NCBI GenBank assembly: GCA_964187785.1
Contig: OZ076409.1
Span: 87,732,001-87,796,000 of the forward strand
DNA from: Amphiscolops sp. MND2022
Taxonomy: Eukaryota
Direction: 5' to 3'
Length of the DNA stretch: 64,000 nt
Shown here: piece after piece, positions 25,501-39,900 of the stretch
Layout: each line of letters opens with the position of its first letter
Numbering within the stretch: the stretch's first letter is position 1
Notes under the pieces: model-generated
Seen by the model: the letters and a program-made list of their open reading frames with translations, nothing else
Databases searched by the model: none
What the model was told of the DNA's origin: nothing
Translations under genes and position numbers: made by a program

Positions 25501-26400
25501 GACATTACCTTTAACCACTGGCGTTTGTACAAAGGACTGCAACACTTTCGGTTTCTTTTTAACAGCCTTTTCTTTGATATCATTTATGGGTTTTTGAGTT
25601 TTGAGTTCACAACTACATTTTGAAATTGTCCTTCCGCATTCGTCTGGACCATTTTGACATTACAGTTTTGGGTTGTTGTTATCAAGCCCTCTTGTTCTGC
25701 ATACATTTTCAGCTCGTTTTGCAGTTTTGGTAGCTTTTCTTTGATGAATATTGTGAAGCCATTTTTGCGTTTTTTTTCTGCGCCACTCACGATTTACGTC
25801 CATAAACTTCTTGTTTTTCTCGGAAATCACAAACTTTACGATAATCGCTGGCGGTTTTCTGCCAAGTTTCGGAGAACTCAGATGATGACATGCTTCAAAG
25901 TTGGTTTCATTCGTCTTCCAGTTCAAATATAAATCGTAAAAAGCACATACTTTGTTGCAAGTGGTAAATTACCATCTACTTTGGGCATATTTTCAATAAT
26001 CAGGCAATCTTTTGAAGAATGCGACTCTGTTACCAGAACTCTGGACTCCAGTTCGGTAACTCGATTTTCTTATTGAAGAATAATTTTATCTTTGGCAATT
26101 AATTTGGATAACAATTTGTGCAAAATCGCTTTGACTGCATTGTCTTCAAGATGTTCAATTGAGAATACATTCATCGGTTTTTGCAGGCCGATATCGAATG
26201 AAGGTAGTCGATGTTTTATCATAATTTCTGGAAGATGCGAGAGTGCTTGCAACTACTAAATGCAAGTGACCGACCGGCTTGCTCCATTCCAAACGAGTTG
26301 TAATAAAAATTTTTTGAAATTTCAACTTTTTTATTTTGAGCGTAGCTGATTTAAACTGTCGAACAACTTCGGTGCTGTTCAAATGGAATTAAACACTGAC
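22560..26400 (-). mobile_element. Decayed CR1/L2-type LINE (ORF1, APE endonuclease, RT)
   Basis: Minus-strand motifs in order: ORF1-like ACHHL..PPAIIVKFV (~25850), IETWLTEND (~25050), FGDFNID (~24740), TCLDHV (~24620), CF..LKKAFDTIDH (~23500), LGVYL (~23305); many stops and frameshifts. Confidence 0.8.
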
Positions 26401-28055
26401 TATGGAATGACTCTTTTCTGTGATTATTGATTCATTTGATAAGTTGTTGTGAACATCGTTTGCGAAAAGCCAAATGAATGAGCTATACCAGTCACTGAGA
26501 TTTACCCCGCAAATGTGTTGAATTGTCTGTCTTGAATGTTCTTCTGTTGAGTTTTCTGGTTATCCTTTTAACAAGCCGGGCCCAATCAAAATCTCAAAAC
26601 TGCCAAAACATCTTTTTTATATAAGTCACACAGTGCCGTAAAACACGGACGGGACCTTGTAGACTTGCCAATTGCCGTTTTCCGCCGTAAACATAAAAAA
26701 AACACAAAGGGGTCGCTCGCTAAGCAATGGAATTGTTCTACCCCTGAAGATTTCTTTTGAGAACTCAATTATCAACAGTTTTTGGGTTTTTCAAAGGCGT
26801 TTCAGTTTTTCAGGTTTCAGTTTTTCAAACGCATTTTGTTCCTCTGGACGAAAACTAATCATAGTTGGAACGAAGCTCGTGATTAAATGTTTCCGGTGCT
26901 GGCGGGCTTACAGCCGGGCTTTTTCGAGCCTAATTTTTTAAGGCCGGTTATAACATTTCGAAAAAAAATAGAAAAATTCTACATTAAACTGGGCTATCGA
27001 TTCCTTTTATTTTCTCTCTCTAGATTTATTACCGCAGCTCGTAGAGCCCAGATGTCTGCCAATAAACAGTCTGATGTTGAATTTTTTTAATTCTGTTGTA
27101 AAACATGGAGGTTTTGAATTCTCATGATGCTTATACCTGAGTGTCATTTACAATTACTTTCGGGTATCAATTTCGTCTTCGGTCAGTTTGGTCGGGTATT
27201 AAAAATGTTCAAAAATGTTGGGTTGTGTTAGGAATTATGAAACAGGCTCGGGTCGGCTTGGGGTTGAAAATCATGACCCGGTTCTCACTCTGATACTAAT
27301 AATGTTTATTCAAAGACATTTGCACAGTTAGCGAAATGGCTTCACTTTCCAAAACAAGACCTGGCTCTTTGAACAACTTAACCGCTTTAGTTTGATTGAG
27401 AACTTCCATGATAATTTTTAAGAGGCGCTGATAGTTCGATTTCCAATCGAATTTCAATCAAAAATTTGAAGAAAACACAACTGAGTAATTAATGTTCAGA
27501 TAGTGCGTTGACGTACAAAAGCAGAACTGTTTCTTCGGGGTTCACCTCCACTGTCTTTGGAGAATAAACTATCTTCTTTCCTGGACCATAAATAAATATG
27601 GGTGTAAAGTAATAACTGTTTAATGATGAAGCCAACCATGACCCCATAATGTTTTTTCTTAGATAAAATCAAAAGCGAAGCACGAGTAAGGGCGAGCTAA
27701 TATAAAGAGCTTCAAAGCAAAGAAATGCACAAAGAACGATAATGATTGCTTATGGAAACCCAAAAACCCAATCACCAAACAATGGACATTTTTTGTCTAC
27801 GAAAGCCCTTTTTATTAGCATTTCGCTTATTCGGGAAAGACTCTGGTTTTATCCTTAGAACTCTTTTACTTTATCTCGTGTCTTTCAAGCCTTTGTCACT
27901 GATGAATTTCACGATGTTTCCACTGAATTCACGTTCTCAGATATTGCGCGCTCATTAAATCTATGCATCTATGCAAGGCCCCGAGCTGGGTTTTTCATCT
28001 ACACTGTTTTTTTTTCAACTGCATTGTTTGTCTAGTTCATATGGTGAATTCAGTG

Positions 28056-28472
28056 TTTTTAGTCGGCGCTTTTCGTAGAAAAACGCAAACTATAGTAGTG
28101 ACTTTTCTCTTCTTTAGTCGGCGCTTTTCGTAGAAAAACGCAGACTATAGTAGTGACTTTTCTTTTTTAAGACCAACGAAGTGACAGATTTTATAAGCTC
28201 TATAAGCTGACTTGAACTAACACTAAATGCCACACTACTTCTACTGGCACTTGAGATAGAGGTTAATTAGGCTTTTTTGAGGTCCCCTTTTTTTCGGCAT
28301 TATGCGACTTCCCGAGGACCTAAAAAAATTTTGAAAAAATAATTTCGAAAAATTTTTTTTCAATTTTTTCCTAATGCGGGTACTGTAGAAGAGAATACTT
28401 GACACTTTGAAGTCCTTCTGCTATTTTTGAGCCTTAGATATGGCGCCGACTTGGGCCGTTCCCGGCTTGTTT
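28056..28472 (+). mobile_element. Helentron/DINE-1-like non-autonomous element, family A
   Basis: TTTTAGTCGGCGC start (first ~52 bp tandemly duplicated), GCGCCGACT subterminal inverse, 3' hairpin GCCG-TTCC-CGGC, CTTGTT end, no TSD seen. Confidence 0.65.
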
Positions 28473-30911
28473 AGTGTTTTAGTGTTTCAATTCATCCAAA
28501 AGATAGCTGAGACTAAAAAATCAAATCATACCAAAAATTTTTCATAAATTACGTGTCATACAAAATTCAGAATGCCTCGAGACTTGTAAGTTATTTCATA
28601 CACAGCAAATGGAATTGATCAACAATTTAGTCAGAAAAAAAACGAAACTCAATTTGTTGAGCTTTTGAACATTAAGACCAAGTTATTGACAATCTGTCTG
28701 AAATATTGAATTTTTTATTGCAATAAGAATTGTGACGCCATGTTTAAAGTGACACCGACTTCCTCAGTATGTATTTAGGATGGTAATATTTCATATGAAC
28801 AACGATATTGATGGCCATTGATCGAAGTCAAAGTCAAAATGACCGCTTGCTTATCGCCTGCCTTATTTCGAAAGGCGCTCCTTGTCGCCAGCTTTGGGAA
28901 ACTTCTGATCAGTTTTCTTTCCTTTCAGTCATCAATTTTCCCTCGGTTGCAGTTACAAGATTCACGTTGCTTGTCTGAACATTGTAAGGTGTAATAGACT
29001 AACAGCTTCCCAATTTAAGGTGATTTCATTTCTTCAGTTGAATTTATCAGGAAAACTATTCATTGCGTTTATAGCATCATAAGATACGCTTAACACTCTA
29101 TAAGAGCTCCCGAAGGATTTTACTCATCTACTTAGTATTGGGATTTTCCTCGAGATTCTATCATGGAAGCAGACCAATGGATGGTGTTAAAATACCATTA
29201 CAGTTGAATGGACTTCAATTGTTGATTGTTATTGGTATATGAAGTAGCTTTGTATTGTGTGATGTTACGTAACCTTCCGTAAGACATTACATAACCATTA
29301 CACAACATCCCATCTTTACTTAACACCCTAATGAACAATTGTTGCCGTGCAACCAGGAAAATTAGCTAGAAGGGATATTGTCACTTCATTCCCGCATTGC
29401 CTTTCCAGTTAAAACCTTGGAAGTGAACGGGGGAGTTAGGATGTGCCAATAGAGACTGTGCCAATTTTGGGACTACCAGCGGGAAGAGAAAAAGTAATGA
29501 CTTGTTTCTTTGATCTCTTTTAATTGAACTGATCGGCACAAGAGCCAAGCAGCATATTAACTAACTGTTTGTACGTGTTATCCTTCTATTCAAACTGTTG
29601 AAGTACGTTGTCTGAAACATGGCGGAATTTGAGACATTCGTTATCCGTAAGTACACACGTGCGCACAGCATTTAAGCAGGAATCTTAGGAGACATTTGTG
29701 AAATTGCATGTTTTCAAGGAACCATTGACGTGTGAAAAGAAGACTTGATATATAGTATAGAGGAGCTGTATGTTAGTAAGTCAACGACGACTACAGAGAG
29801 ACACGCTCTGTATTCTACAATATCTACAAGTATAAGTATTGTATATCTACCATGATATACAGTCCAAGTTGCAAGTCGAGGAGAGGACGACCAAATAACT
29901 TCCAAATATTACAACCAACAATAAAACTAAGCGCAGACTGCGTCATTAAACAAGAATCTTTCCTCTTTTGGAAGCAATTTCTCGCTCACTCTTCAACTCT
30001 GCCGCAAAACAATTGCAACCAGACAAGAACTGGTTCCGCGACCAGAGACTCTTGGAAACACTTCACCCCCTGTTACAATTTAATCCCCACTTTCCTATAT
30101 CGATCACAACCAGCCTCCCTTCACAGCAAATGAAGTGAATTTTGAAGCATTTGCATAACCCCATTACACAGAACTGCTTTAATATATTTATGGATCAATT
30201 CCATTCAATCAAGTATTCCTTGTGTGAGGAATACATTAAAATGACATTCCTTTGACTTTTCCTACTTCTCTTAACACTGCAAAATATATTCCAGAGTTTG
30301 TGTAAACACAATTTTTACTGTAAGGTAAGACGCCCGCCATTTCGAACCCCTCCCCCCCCCCTCAAAGTTTACGTTCGAGTTCACCAGAATAAATGGATTA
30401 CGAACTCTGAACTTCCTTTCTCAAACTCTGGGTGTTCTTAGCTGTGGTTCCTTTTCCCAGACTTTATCCGATTAGCACTCTAGTTCGAACGTATGCTCTC
30501 GCTGTTTTGTGGCGCTGTGAGAAATTTGATAAGGATATGCCGGATAAATTGTCACGAGAAATGTTTTACTTTGTAGAATAACGATTTAATTATCATGTTA
30601 CATTAACTGGTGTTATTCGCGGAAACGCTGAGAGCAGTTATGTCATTCTAATACATGTCAAATTATCTGGTAACATGAAACTCACGGGGTTCCTAAAATT
30701 CTGTTTTTCTTTTGAATTCCCCGCAACCGGTGATAGTGAGAGAGACAACGCAGGCTTCTACGTCTTCTGTTACTTCTGCTAATTATAGCTTAGTTGTGAT
30801 TTCTTTTACACAGAATTGATTGCACAGATATAAAGTTACGGTTATATGAGCATAAACTTAATTAGACAACTTCCGCTCTTACTTTTCTTTATAAAAAGAA
30901 TCCACGTTACC

Positions 30912-33900
30912 ATGGCAACCACGGCCAGCAGTTCCATGCAGGTCCAGAGCCAAATGGCATCGCCCACTGTCCAAAATGTAACATGTGACCCCACCTCATA
31001 TTACCAGGGTTGGCAATTGCACAAATTTTACTCAATGTATTCGCTGCTCTGTAATTTGGGAAAACTTCCTTAAATGGAATTTTTATGGAATTTTATGGAA
31101 TTTTCATTTTTATGCAGGGGTGCTCAACTGATAATTAATATTCTGATTTTTGTCAACAGGTATGTATCAATAGAATAGGGTTTAGGGAGTGACCCGCAGA
31201 GAGATAAAATCCGGATCCCGTGGTTTTAGATTGCAACCGAAAACCCGCAATTGCAGCCCACTCATTTGTAATAAAATTCATGGTTTTCGATCACTCCTGC
31301 TATAATGCTTTTTGTGAATTTCGAATGAAGATCGATGAAAGTTTTGACGCTGAAAGTATTTTTGGTAACATATACGGATTTTCTAGTTTGAAAATTTTGC
31401 AAAAAGAGGAATTCGCTTTTCATACAAAGCAGGTATTTCCTGCCAGGTATTTTAGATTGTGAAAATTTTACGAAAAAGAAATATAAAACCTGATTTTAAC
31501 GAGCTGCTGTTACAACTTTTCCATAAGTGTGAATAACAAAACAGAAATCTGGTAAAGCATTGTCAACCCTGCATGTGTGTTTTCCTCAGATGGCTTCATC
31601 ACCATGGGCGATAGGAAGGAGCCCAGGTGTATGTATTGCGACACGGAGTGTTCGGGAGGCTGCATCGGACCCTCTTCTGCAGACTGCGTGTCCTGCAAAA
31701 ACCTCCAGTTTTACTCTTACTGTCTCACTGAATGTCCTTTCGGGTACAAAGCCGAGGACCCCAACCAGGACAATCATTGCTACATGTAAGTGTTGCCACA
31801 GAAAGTTTTGGTGCTACTATATTTGCCAACATTCTTGACTAAAACAAATATCTGTAATTTAACCAAGAATTTTAGCAAATGTCAGCAAATATAACACGAT
31901 CTGATGTTTTTTGTAATACTAAATCCAATTAGATTTAGTATTACAAAAAACATCAGATCGTGTTATATTTGCTGACATTTGCTAAAGTTTGCCAGTTGCT
32001 TCTGGCTACGTTATCATAACTACCATGCATAGATTGTTTAAACAATCCATGCATGGTAGTTATGATAACGTAGCCAGAAGCAACCCCTTTTCTCGAAAAC
32101 GATGGTTTTTCTTGATCTTTGTAGCTTCTTATAGCCTCACTTGAAAATTTTCATTTGATCATCATGTGGTTTGTGAAATGATCAAGACATCGCTGAAAGC
32201 AAGCCGTTTTGTTTTTGTGATCATTGGAACAAATTGTTAGTGTAAATTGCATTCTTACCTTCCATATTTTTAGTCGGCGCTTTTATAAATAAAAGAGCCC
32301 GACTATTACAGTCACAGGAGTTTTTTATGGAAACGTCCCACGCATGTTTCAAATCGGCTCTTTTTGAGCCTTAGATATAGCGCCGACTTTAGACGTTCGC
32401 GTCTTGTTTATAAACATGGAACTATATGCATGGAATTATATGGAAAGTTTCCATGATAACGAACAAATGGATATCGTTTCGTACATAAAGCTGCATGGAA
32501 ACGCATGTTGCTTTAGATCCGAATAAGCAATAAACATTGTGAAGAACCCGATTTTAAAGGGCGTTTTTGTTGGAAAACGCAGATGTCACTACACTTCAAA
32601 ACTTTTTGGACCATTCTGAAACATCGGCTTACCACTTGTCAGCGGAAAATGAGTCCAAAGTTTTTGGACGATCTTGAAACACTGCACTATTCGAATTGAT
32701 TACTCGTTTTCAGTCCCATTCAGATTGATTTTATGTTGAAGTTTTGAAAATTGCACTCCAAACAGATCAGAAACACTGTCAAAGAAAACTTTATCATGGA
32801 ACAATCCTATTTGAACAATGCGCTAATTTCGGCTTGAGTGAATCAATTCTTGTCTTTATTGCAAGAAACAGTTATGGTCAAACATGGACCTCAACGTCGA
32901 GCCAGAGGCATCACCAAAGTGGCTGATTTGCATGTAAAATAAAGAGTCGCACGATTGAAGCAACATCAAGAAAAGGTCACTTCCAGAAAATTTCAAAAAC
33001 GAAACTGTAATGTGGAAGCTGCTAGATGAGCAATACAGCGGGCACGGAAGCACCGTGGATTTTTACAAACGCGACAGCAAGACAACAATACAAGCGGAAA
33101 ATTAATAAAGATTGTGTGAAAAGATGCAATGACTTGATTCGACAGAGGATGGATTGGAAGAAAAGTTTTTTGCTGACGAAAAAAACTTCAACCTAGACGG
33201 GCCGGCTAATTGGAGAACATACAGCGAGAATATTTCAGGAGAACTCCAACATTTCAGAAACAAGGCACAAGCTGGAGGTGTTGGATTGATGTTTTGGAGC
33301 ATGCTTCTTCCCAATGTCATGCTTTTTCGTGAAAAATGGAACACCATTCAATTTTATCTGGGATTGTTGTGTCCGCTATCAGGGATATCATGGACAGTGT
33401 TTATATTCTCCAACAGAACTATTGTAGTATTCGCATTGCACTGTCGAAAATTGAGTCTTTTGAAAATCGTGGAAGTGACGTCTTCAATTGGATCAGTGCT
33501 TGTAAAAGAAGCCACGCAGTTTAAACACCACGCAGAATGCCTGGAGTATGTTGAGCAATTTTGTGCATGATGGCCCGCAACCTCGAAATGTGAAAAAATA
33601 GAGATTCGTGTCGAAAAAAGCGATCGTGGGCAAAGATTTGAGTTGTTCTGATATATTGGTTAAGGTATTTGACTCTATGCCGGTTCGTATTGCTCGTATT
33701 GTCGAGAAAAAAAGGTATTAAAATTCTCTGTCAGAATATTTCCGGTGTTTTCTGTATGACCGTTTGAAAAGTTTTGACGCATTAAACGTTGGCGAGCTCG
33801 AATGGCATGTTTTAGAATTGTCCAAAAAGGTTTTGACGCGCAGCGCATTGTAGTGTCTTTTATAATGACCACTGGAATTGACAGATCTCTTATGGAGACA

Positions 33901-36900
33901 ATGAGGGAGTTTCTCATGTTTTCGCGTAAGGAGATGAGTTGTTTAAGTCTGAAGTGTGCCCCTTTTTGTTTTTTGTTGCTGTGAGAATGATCACGCTATT
34001 CGAATGAATGTCTTTGGGTAAAGGTAAAAGACTGTTTTTAGGTTCGAGCGGTGCGCCGACTTGTGCTGTTTCATCTTGTCACGCCTCGCTCATTGAAAAA
34101 TGAATGCACATCTACAGGCAAAATTCTTTGTATGTTGATGATGTATATGAACTGTGCTTTTAAAAAAGTATAAAAGTGCAAAACAGCTTTTAGATTCAGG
34201 AGTTATATGTTTCTCAGTTCGCATGAAATATTTCTGTATCGATTTGATTTTTGTAAACGTTTTTAGTACGAGGAAAATTTTTTTAAAAGTACTATCAGAT
34301 ATGACTGAGCTTTATATTGTCATCTTTCTCTTGAACATCCAAAAGCCAAACGTTTCTTCTTGAAAAACGTTTTTTTAAAAAAATTTTCCGCGCTTTCAAC
34401 AAAAGTTTTACTAGGAAAATAAAGATGCTAAGAATCGTGCGTAGAGCCGTTTTCTGCGTTCCGCTTTTTGGAGGAAATTCATGGTCTGAAAACCAATAAG
34501 TGTAAATGGGTCTTCTTTTGAGAAATTATTCGATATTCGAAATAATGTATATAAACATTTGATATATAGATTTGTTCAAGTTGACTCTTTCACGTTTTTG
34601 TTTTGTTGAACATTTTGGCTGACAAAAAGCAGAATTGGAATGTGACGTAATTTTGGTTCGCATAGAGGAAGCTTTTTCATCTTTAGCTTTCCACTTGATT
34701 TCATCAGCATCGGCATTTAAATGTTCGTAATGAAGTCGTTTCTTCATATTTTGTTTCGTTTCCGGAAAACCTGATCAAAAAAAGCCAGAAAAGTCAAATT
34801 ATCTTCTTTATTTAATGTCGTTTTCCTTTTTATCTATCTTGCATTTCCAACCTTCCAAAGAAAGTGTAATAGAAGCACTTTATATGTTAATTGAATGAAG
34901 TAAAATAAAAGTCAGTCGGTCAAACCATCGCGTATGATCTCTATATCGCTTATGCGACCTGGTTCTAGAAAAAAACCGAGTTAGAGTTTTCAGGAGTTTA
35001 TAACGCTGCTTCCAGCGAGCATCAGAGACTCATGTGCAGAATCTATTGAAGAAAAAATATCGTCTACCGGGGGTATGAAATACAAATTTGGAGACATTAC
35101 AGTTTTTTGCTTTTTTCTTTGTTTCTAAGCCTTGTCAATTGCGGAACTTTGCCTGAAGTGTGCTACGGTTTTTTTGAAAGTCCGGAAAGAAGTAAACATG
35201 TTTTGTTCGAGTTTTTTCAATGGCTCTGATTAGGAAATCTTGGAAAACGTTTGCTGTTTAAGAAGAGAATTTTTTACACCATATCTTTGGGAAACTTACT
35301 TTTTTGAGCGATTAACCTTTTGGATTGCTGTCAATCCCTTTCACTAGCAGTCAGTTTTTGGCAAGCAAGCAATTGTACAGTAAATTTGCTCTGTGGTTCG
35401 CAAAACCTTTGCCTCTAGTTTTTCTCACTTCGCCGGTTTTGACCAACGCCGAAACTTTGAAAGTTGAACTGGCATACTGTATGTGATATTGATACCTTTC
35501 TCAACGTTCTTTCAATTCAAACGAATGAAAATTGAATGCTTCAAATAGGAATATTTCCACAGTTTTTCGAGGGTTTTGAATGCACACGGGTCAAGATTTT
35601 ACATCAATCATGGAAAAATCCTGCAGAGTTCTGAACACGTCCATTCAGTCTCTGTGAGTTATGTCTGACGAAAGAATAACTAAAGACTGTGGGCTGCTTT
35701 ATGATCTTTGGTCAATATTTCATACAATGCATTCAACATGCAAAAAGTTATACATCTATAAAAGGTCCTGTAAAAGCGGTCTACGGATTGATGACGAAGA
35801 GAGATGTTGAGCAATCCTGTATTAGCAAAGAGGCCATATGGTGAATGGCCGATTTCTTTTTGGAGACGGATACAGTTTTGTTGGTAAATAAAATTTCATT
35901 AATGTGACAATATGTATTAACAACTTGCTCAACTTAATGTTCTCTTTATGAAATGGTTGTTCATGAGTCGAGCTCAAGGTCAACTCTCTCACATCCCTTC
36001 GATTAAACTCAAAGTACATATAAATGGGTGACTATGCCAATGGGCAAATTATGAATGTAATAGTATGGATAAATACTGCACTTGATACTGGCGGTTAGCA
36101 CTGGTTATGTAAAACTGATTAGCAATGTAAGTAGATGTATGGGTTAGCAACAAGTAACTGAAGATACAATAACAATGAGTTACTGAGTATATGAGAGTAT
36201 GTATTCACAAACATAAATATGTATTCAAGATACATTAGTTTCTTTGAGTTTTGTTGTAGTTTTAATTGAGCTTCGGTGGGCTCTCATTGTTTGAGGTTCA
36301 GCTCTCGATGTTTGATATCATGACGTTATTCTTGTAGAAGTCGGTTTGGTACCGTTGTCTCTCACCTCTCCTGGCTTGCAAGTTCTCTTGTTGTAGTGTT
36401 TCCCGTCTGGATGGCGGTTTTTGTTTTCTTGTTTTCTCCTCCGTTCTTACCTGTTCCTCTTGTTTTGCCGATTCTTCTTCTGTTGTCTCTCCGTGTTCGT
36501 TCATTTCACTATTTACTTTTATTGTGTGGTGTGCTGGTTGCGTGTCCTCTTCATCATCGCTTTCGATTTCGATGATTGTCGCCATCTTCTCTGTTGCTTT
36601 CGTTTGTTGTTTATTGGCTTTTCGTTTTCTCTGCTATCTTTTGATCTTTTTCAGTTTTGTCACGGGTGGTTTTCTTTTCTTGTTTTCTTCTATTTTGTCT
36701 TGCTCGTTTCTTACTGGCTGTGTTCCCGCTGAATTTTTTTCACTGTTTGTGCAGCTTCAATTTCGCTGTGTACGTCGCTGCACGTTGACAAATCTCTCTG
36801 CATTGGTTGTTCGCTTTCTTCTGGAAGCTCATTCCGGGTTACCAGTAGTTGTTGCTTTGCCAATAATTCGTCTGCTTATTTTTGTGGTCATGGTTGGACA

Positions 36901-39900
36901 TCGGTGTTGTTACGTCCTACATCCCGTTTTGATAAGGCTGTGGCTCTTGTTATCCCTGCTGGAAGGAACGTAATTGTGTGTTCCGATTGCCTCAATAGGG
37001 TTCTTTTGCGTTTTTGGTACGGTACTTCAAGCTTTACTCCCTCACGCACTTTCTCGAATTAGTATGATCGAATCTTGTCCTTGATTCAAAGTCTGTTTCC
37101 GTCAGTTTGAAGTCTTGTGGTTCTGAAATAGACCTTCCTCAATTTATTACTATTATCTTTTTTCCTGTGTTTGGCTCTTTACCTGTGTATCTCTCATATG
37201 GGGATTTCCCATTTTTCGCGGGATACAACCTTGGTGCAAATTGAATTTCTGAGAGGCCTGAATTATCTCGTTTCAGTACTATTTGTTTATTTGTTCTAAG
37301 TCTTTCATTAATTGTTCTATTGAGCCGCTCTATTTTACCATTTCCGCTGTGATCTTTGATTGGGCATTCGACATGTTGTATTAGACGTCTTTTACAAAAT
37401 TCTTTAAAGCGCTTACTTTTGAAAATTTTAGCAGGGTCTGTTCTCATTATTTGTGGAATTACGTGTCTGGCCATAGAGTTTTTTTAAGGAATTCGATCAC
37501 GCAATCTGTTGTCGGTTTTCCTAAGAATTTTGCTTCGGGCCACCCTGAATAATGGTATTTGGATACTAATGAATATTTTTTGCGGCGTTTTGAAATGGGC
37601 CAGCAAAGTCTATCGCTATTTCCTAATTGTTTTCTTTGCATTCCGGTAGTTTCTGTACTTGGTTTTGCCTTAGTAAAGTTGTAATGTTTTTACCTGCTTC
37701 TGAACATTGCGGGCATGCTCTCGCGATTGCGACCACTTCCATTCCTGACTTGCCATTCCTGACGTCAGTTATCGGACTTGATGACGCTTTAAAAATAATC
37801 GCGGAATCTTTATTTTCTCATGTTAAAACTATTCAAATACTTGAAATCTCTAGTTTAATTCGTATTTCGTTGCCAAGAAACAAAACCTGTGCAAGAAAAC
37901 TGTATTTTGCAATCAAAATACTTGCTGTCAATACATATTCAAATTGTAACTTGGAAAAGAAGTTTTTAAAAGTTTGTTTTTTTTTCTCTGCTTTCACTGT
38001 ATATAGTTTTCTGATATCTCAAAGGCTTTCCAAAATTACAATTTTACAACTTGCAGCTTTTTGATAACAAACTGAAAAATGAACGTATTGAATTGTCAGA
38101 CGAAGTTTGTCTAGGCATATGAAAAGCTACTGAAGCAGAAAATGAATATTTATTCAAAGAAAACAATGTCTTTTAACGACAAAACAAAAGCATCAATTTT
38201 TAAAAGACCGACTCCCTCCGTTAACAGATGACCATGAAAATGGTTCAAAATTTTTTCCTCCAAATTTCTATGAATAGCTTCCATGTTTATACAATTCGAA
38301 AGTGAAATAAGTGTAATAAAATAATATTTCCATCGTGGAAACAATAACTACAGAAACTATGTTAATTATTGTCAAAAAGGAATTGGAAACAAGTTACCAC
38401 TGAGAAAAAAACAAAAACAGTAAAAAGTGCAACTGTTTATGACTTCAAAAAATCTTGGACTTGAAAACATGGTTTGATATTTCTCCTCAATCTAGTGGAG
38501 CTTTGTAGAATATAATTTTTTTTCAATAGCAATGTTTCCATTCAAATTTGTAGCGAAGTTAGGGCGTGGATATAGCGCAAAACTTGTCGGAAAATAGAAT
38601 TTTGAAAAAGGGAAATTACCAGAAATGTAACATTTCGCGAGAAAGCGTTCAACCAAAGAAGCAGAAACTTTTGCACAACTCTTGTAAGGCACCGCATATT
38701 TCTCACGGAATCTTGAAACATCGTGCAAGGAATGATACCTCGCATCCACATGCTACGTGATAATGCCAAAATCTTTTGAAATCAGCTTCCTCTAGATCCA
38801 GAATCTTCAAATGAACTCCTATTCTCCACACTCTTCGTTGTTGTAACACAGAAAGTCAAAAACATGTCCCTTATTCATACTTGGGCCAAGACTACAAAAC
38901 AAAGGTTTATCTCGTTTTTTTTTGTGTTTTGCCCTGTTCCAATATTATATTTTGAAAATAGACGTCCTTCTCTACAATTACGAAAAAACGTTCTATCACA
39001 AAAAAGCTCTCAAAGAATGTAATCGTGAGTATAAATGATTTTTTGACGAAGTTCCCCAATTGAAAATTGCCCCTAAAAGATTCCAAAAAGCCAAAAAACT
39101 TTTTTCAAATTTCTCGTACGTTTTATTCGATTATGGTACATTTTTTGACAGTTTTTGTGGGTATCATGCACAGAGTTCAATGAAAAAATCCATTTAGCTG
39201 ATTAGCATACTTTTTCGGTTAAACTTGAAATTCCGAAATTGAACCAAAACAATAAAAAAACAGAACATTTTAAACTTTTTTGAATATTTTCACGAGGTAT
39301 CGGCTTCGTTCGAGCCCTAAAAGAATATTGTCACTAGCATAAACTAGACAGGAAACTATTCCAGCGATCAGCGGTTTTTTAGTTTAAATCAGCTGTCTCC
39401 AGTTTACAAAAATTCCATCATAGACTTTTGTCGCTTAAGTAATCAGCTTGCTTTAAAAATGTCCTAAAACTCCTAGTAGCCGCAAATTTGATAAGCGCAC
39501 TTTTATAGCTTCTGAATAATCGCCTGTTTTTAACGCTCAAGATGTGATTAGAAGGAATTCAAGAAATTTACATTGCTCTTACTTGTTTCAATATGCGGAT
39601 TTTTGACTGGCAGCTGTTACGGGAGATAAACAAAAAGAAGTTTGATTGACATTTACAACATAATAATTAGAGCTCAAGATACAAAGAAGTATTTTTAATG
39701 GGATTTCGCGCGTGTGAATGATTTTTCGAATTTTGCTGAAGACGGATTTTGTATTAAAAACAGCGGCACAATGGTGTCAAAACGTTGAGACTCGTAGTAA
39801 TGACTGAAGCCTGTGTCAGGTCTGGCTTTGCATTGGTATCAATCGGAACCGATAGAAATCTGTAAAATGCATGTTACCTTTGGTTGAGAAAAAATGCAAT

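Noticed and set aside
36421..36973. Hydrophobic plus-strand ORFs as membrane proteins
   Set aside because: Antisense of the Lys/Glu-rich integrase tail on the minus strand
38150..38770. Ginger/integrase-like remnant
   Set aside because: Only a vague His/Cys pattern and no DDE core recoverable
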